The notes under the pieces were generated by a model. It was not told the DNA's origin, ran no database searches, and saw nothing but the letters and a program-made list of their open reading frames with translations. This document shows, piece after piece, positions 60,052-64,000 of a stretch of DNA of 64,000 bases. A program made the translations under genes and the position numbers. Numbering within the stretch: the stretch's first letter is position 1; every line of letters begins with the position of its first letter. The stretch comes from an uncultured Gammaproteobacteria bacterium (GTDB lineage Bacteria; Pseudomonadota; Gammaproteobacteria; Steroidobacterales; Steroidobacteraceae): positions 272,747-336,746 of the forward strand of contig CAWETY010000010.1 in assembly GCA_963812125.1 (NCBI GenBank), written 5' to 3'.

Positions 60052-61494
60052 TCACGAAGCCGTGACGAGTTTGGCGACGAAGTCGCTGACCGGCATCGCC
60101 AGCAACGCTTTTCGATCCGCGAACATCGCCTTGATCGATTCGGTCTGCTTCGGCTGGAAGTGCGCAGCGACGCTGCTCTCGAATTTCCTGACCAGCACCG
60201 GCATGCCTTCGGCGCGCCGCTTGCGGTGTCCGATCGGGAAATCCACCGCCACGCGCTCACTCGAGGAGCCGTCCTTGAAGAACACCTGCACCGCATTGCC
60301 GATGTAGCGCTTTTGCGGGTCGTAGTAGTCTTGCGTGAAGCCGGCGTTTTCCCTGACCTGCATGCTGGCGCGCAGCGCATCGACGCGCGGATCGCTCGCG
60401 ACGGCATCCTCGTAGTCGGAGGCCTCCAGTCGGCCGAAAAGCAGCGGGATGGCGACCATGTATTGAATGCAATGATCGCGGTCGGCGGGATTCGCGAGCG
60501 GTCCGGTCTTATCGATGATGCGAACCCCCGGCTCCTGGGTCTCGATCACCACGCGCTCGATCTGATCGAGCCTTGCCGCCACCTGTGGATGCAGCGTCAT
60601 CGCCGCTTCGACCGCCGTCTGTGCATGAAATTCCGCCGGGATAGGAAATCTTGAAAAGCACGTTCTCCATCACGTAGCTGCCGAGCGGCTGCGGCAACAC
60701 GAGCGGTTTGCCCTTGAACAGCACGTCTTGGAAACCCCAGGTTTTTGCGGACAGCGCGGAAGGATAGCCCATCTCGCCCTTGAGCGCGAACAGCGCATGG
60801 CGCACGGCCCGGCTGGTCGCATCGCCCGCGGCCCAGCTCTTGCGCGAACCGGTGTTCGGCGCGTGCCGGTAGGTTCGAAGCGCGCCGCCGTCGATCCACG
60901 CATTCGATACCGCATTGATGATCTGATCGCGAGTGCCGCCGAACATGGCGGTCGCGACCGCGGTGGAGGCAACCCGCACCAGCAGCACATGGTCCAGCCC
61001 GACTCGATTGAAGCTGTTCTCCAATGCGAGCACGCCTTGAATTTCATGCGCCTTGATCATGCCGGTGAGGACATCGCGCACCACGATGCGTTTGCCCGAG
61101 CGCGACAGATAATCGGCCACCGCGAGAATGGCGCCGAGATTGTCCGAAGGATGGCCCCACTCAGCCGCCAGCCACGTGTCGTTGAAATCCAACCAGCGAA
61201 TCATGGCGCCGATGTTGAATGCGGCGGTGATCGGATCCAGTTCATAGGCCGTTCCCGGAACCCTCGCGCCATTCGTCAGAGTCGCGCCCGGCACCACCGG
61301 CCCCATCAGCTTGGTGCACGCGGGATACTTCAACGCTTGAAAGCCGCAGGCCAGGGTATCCATCAGGCAATAGGCCGCCGTTTCATAGGCCAGCGGGCTG
61401 GCGATCTCGTAGCTCAGCGCGTAGTCGGCGATTGCCGTAAGAACCGGATCCGGCGCCGGCCGCTCGGCAGACTTGATATCGTGGGCATGGACAT
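60052..61494 (-). CDS. prpD: 2-methylcitrate dehydratase; at least two frame breaks (about 61478-61482 and 60600-60625)
   Basis: '[43 protein letters not shown]', '[22 protein letters not shown]', '[17 protein letters not shown]', 'FPIGHRKRR'. The ATG at 61494-61492 overlaps the prpC stop. Confidence 0.95.
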
Positions 61495-62660
61495 CAGGAG
61501 CGCTCCGCGAGCGGCACGAAGGTCAGATTTTCAGGACCCGTGTAATTGGCGCTCGGCCGGATGATTTTTCCGTCCTCGCGCTGCTCGATGACATGCGCCG
61601 CCCAGCCCGAGGTGCGGCTGATGACGAACAGCGGCGTGAACATCGCCGTGGGAACCCCCATCAGGTGATATGAAACGGCCGAGAACCAATCCAGATTGGG
61701 AAACATTTTTTTGATGTCCCACATGACGGCTTCGATTCGCGCGGCCACTTCGAAACCGAGCATCTCATGGGCCTCGCGCGCGAGGGCGCGCGAAACCTCC
61801 TTGATCACCTGATTGCGCGGATCCGACACGGTATAGACCGGATGCCCGAAACCAATGATGACCTCCTTGTTCGCCACGCGCCTGCGGATATCCGCTTCGG
61901 CGGCATCGGGAGTGGCATAACGGCTCTGGATTTCAAAGGCGACTTCGTTCGCTCCGCCGTGCTTGGGGCCGCGCAACGCGCCGATGGCGCCCGTGATGCA
62001 GGAATAAAGGTCCGAACCTGTGCCCGCAATGACTCTGGCGGTGAAAGTCGACGCATTGAATTCATGTTCGGCGTACAGATTCAACGAAGTGTGCATGGCG
62101 CGCACCCAGCTTGCCGGCGGTTTTCGGCCGTGAAGCAAGTGCAGAAAATGCGCGCCGATCGAGTCATCGTCGGTCTGCACCTCGATGCGCCGGCCCTCTT
62201 TGGAGTAGTGATACCAGTAGCACAACATCGAACCCAGGCACGCCAGGAGCCGGTCCGCCAACTCGCGCGCAGCATCGCTCGTATGAGCGTCCGGTTCGGG
62301 CACCGTGCAGCCGAGCGCCGAGACGCCGGTGCGCAGCACGTCCATCGGATGGCTGGCTGCCGGCAGCTGCTCGAGCACGGTGACAACGGCGGCGGGCAGC
62401 CCACGCATCGCCTTGAGTTTCTTTTTGTAAGCCGCCAATTCCTTGCCGTTCGGCAACTTTTCGTGGATCAGCAAGTAGGCGATTTCTTCAAATTCGCTTT
62501 GGGTGGCGATATCGAGAATGTCGTAGCCGCGGTAGTGCAGGTCGTTGCCGGTTCTGCCCACCGTGCACAGCGCGGTATTGCCCGCCGCGACGCCGGAGAG
62601 TGCGACCGATTTCTTCGGTTTGAATGCGCCCGCGCTTTGCGGCTCGGAGTTGCTGGTCAC
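61494..62660 (-). CDS. prpC: 2-methylcitrate synthase
   Basis: Citrate-synthase motifs '[15 protein letters not shown]', '[13 protein letters not shown]', '[13 protein letters not shown]'. Intact 388-aa ORF lying between prpB and prpD. Confidence 0.95.
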   Translation of the reverse strand: MTSNSEPQSAGAFKPKKSVALSGVAAGNTALCTVGRTGNDLHYRGYDILDIATQSEFEEIAYLLIHEKLPNGKELAAYKKKLKAMRGLPAAVVTVLEQLPAASHPMDVLRTGVSALGCTVPEPDAHTSDAARELADRLLACLGSMLCYWYHYSKEGRRIEVQTDDDSIGAHFLHLLHGRKPPASWVRAMHTSLNLYAEHEFNASTFTARVIAGTGSDLYSCITGAIGALRGPKHGGANEVAFEIQSRYATPDAAEADIRRRVANKEVIIGFGHPVYTVSDPRNQVIKEVSRALAREAHEMLGFEVAARIEAVMWDIKKMFPNLDWFSAVSYHLMGVPTAMFTPLFVISRTSGWAAHVIEQREDGKIIRPSANYTGPENLTFVPLAERS

Positions 62661-63550
62661 TTTTCTTTTCCTTCAGCGAATAACTGGTCCAACTTCGCCT
62701 CGTAGGCGTAATAATCCAGATACTTGTACAGGTCGGCGCGCGTCTGCATGGTCGCCAATACGTTCTTTTGCGTGCCGTCGCGGCGAATCGCCTGGTAGGT
62801 ATTGAGCGCCGCGGCGTTCATCGCACGGTAGGCCGAACAGCAATGCAGGACGATGTCGACGCCGACCGTGGCCAATTCGTCGCGGGTGTACAACGGCGTC
62901 TGGCCGAATTCCGTGATGTTGGCGAGAATCGGCACCTGCACCGCGTCTTTGAAGCGCCGGTACATGGCGAGTTCCGTGATGGCCTCGGGAAAAATCATGT
63001 CGGCACCGGCCTCGACGCAGGCAACCGCCCGATCCAAGGCCTTCTCCATCCCCTCCACGGCGAGCGCGTCGGTGCGCGCCATGATGACAAATTGATCGTC
63101 GGTACGCGCATCGACGGCAGCCTTGATCCGATCAACGAGCTCCTGCTTGGAGACGATTTCCTTGCCGGGCCGATGGCCGCAGCGCTTCGACTGCACCTGG
63201 TCCTCGATGTGCATGCCGCCGGCGCCGAATTTGGTGAACGACCTGACGGTGCGCGTAATGTTGAATGCGCCGCCCCATCCGGTATCGGCGTCGACCAGCA
63301 GCGGCAATGGACAGACATCGGTGATGCGGCGGATGTCGACCAGCACATCATCCATGGTGCTTATCCCCAGATCCGGGACGCCCAAGGAATTGGCCGCGAC
63401 GCCGCTGCCGGCGAGATACAGCGCTTTGAATCCACAGGCCGCGGCCATGCGTGCGGTGTACGCGTTGATGGCCCCGACGACCTGCAGCGGTTTCTCAGCG
63501 GCGACGGCGGCCCGCAGCCGCGCGCCGGCGGAAATGGCTGCGGCCGTCAT
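62657..63550 (-). CDS. prpB: methylisocitrate lyase
   Basis: '[15 protein letters not shown]', '[22 protein letters not shown]' (KRCGH active site). Start taken at MTAAAISAG (63550), which overlaps the upstream SDR stop (ATGA). Confidence 0.95.
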   Translation of the reverse strand: MTAAAISAGARLRAAVAAEKPLQVVGAINAYTARMAAACGFKALYLAGSGVAANSLGVPDLGISTMDDVLVDIRRITDVCPLPLLVDADTGWGGAFNITRTVRSFTKFGAGGMHIEDQVQSKRCGHRPGKEIVSKQELVDRIKAAVDARTDDQFVIMARTDALAVEGMEKALDRAVACVEAGADMIFPEAITELAMYRRFKDAVQVPILANITEFGQTPLYTRDELATVGVDIVLHCCSAYRAMNAAALNTYQAIRRDGTQKNVLATMQTRADLYKYLDYYAYEAKLDQLFAEGKEK

Positions 63551-64000
63551 ACGCGCCCCGCGACCGGGATGAGCGCGCCGGTCACCGCACTGGCCTCGTC
63601 GGACGCCAAAAAGGCGATGACCTCCGCCGCTTCGCTCAAGCGAACCCAACGTTTGAAATCAGCTTGCGGCATATCCATCCTGTTCTTGGGCGTGTCCAGC
63701 GTGCTCGGCAAAATCGCATTGACGGTGATGCCGCGGTCCTTCAGTTCATCGGCCAATGCTTCGGTCAATTGTGCGACTCCGGCCTTGGATGCCGCGTACG
63801 GGCCCATGCCCGCCGATGCCTTCTGAGCGCCCATGGCGCCCACGTTGACGATGCGTCCGCTCGCCGCGCGCAGCAAGTAAGGCAGTGCCGCCTGGCACGA
63901 AACCACCGCCGTTCTCAAATTCAGCTTGTACATGGCATCCCAACTATCGATTGTACCTTCGCCAAGCTTCTCCCAGCGAAATCCTCCGGCGATATTGATC
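63547..64000 (-). CDS. SDR-family oxidoreductase (5' end beyond the window)
   Basis: '[57 protein letters not shown]' with the catalytic YxxxK. The frame stays open to the window edge. Confidence 0.8.
   Translation of the reverse strand, partial: INIAGGFRWEKLGEGTIDSWDAMYKLNLRTAVVSCQAALPYLLRAASGRIVNVGAMGAQKASAGMGPYAASKAGVAQLTEALADELKDRGITVNAILPSTLDTPKNRMDMPQADFKRWVRLSEAAEVIAFLASDEASAVTGALIPVAGRV

Noticed and set aside
6380-61494. Programmed ribosomal frameshifting as the explanation for the split genes
   Set aside because: The breaks occur in about 17 unrelated genes in both directions, with no shared slippery heptamer or downstream structure. At least one sits in a plain homopolymer. None of these families is known to use recoding.
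1-64000. CRISPR arrays, rRNA genes and IS elements
   Set aside because: Scanning intergenic regions found no regularly spaced direct repeats, no rRNA-like conserved blocks and no transposase-like ORF with terminal inverted repeats.

Overview
GC-rich proteobacterial chromosomal segment; the ruvCAB-ybgC-tolQRAB-pal-ybgF-queEC-tRNA-Lys order looks gammaproteobacterial. Left part (1-37 kb): accessory and secreted functions. These include two TetR regulators, DsbA-like, hydrolases, an FAD monooxygenase, aldehyde and alcohol dehydrogenases, a large S8 protease, a 1215-aa Lys-C-like S1 protease with eight tandem modules, a FecI/FecR/TonB-receptor unit, esterases and an ICMT-like methyltransferase. 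It also holds a six-gene Hyf/Ehr-like membrane complex. Middle (37-40.6 kb): an AT-richer, partly decayed islet next to tRNA-Lys(UUU) carrying vapBC and an HTH gene with an in-frame stop. Right part (40.7-64 kb): conserved core genes queC, queE, ybgF, pal, tolBARQ, ybgC, ruvBAC, relA, a five-repeat lipoprotein, lpdA-sucB-sucA, a DUF5658-like gene, prpD-prpC-prpB and a partial SDR. Main observations: (1) the hydrogenase-like large subunit has Ser/Gly at all four [NiFe] cysteine ligand positions, so the cluster is an Ehr-type complex of unknown substrate, not a hydrogenase. (2) About 25 reading-frame breaks hit even essential genes, at least one at a homopolymer, which points to assembly indels rather than real pseudogenes. 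(3) Two repeat-module secreted proteins and degenerate att-like repeats occur at the tRNA-Lys islet. No CRISPR array, rRNA, transposase or integrase was recognised.
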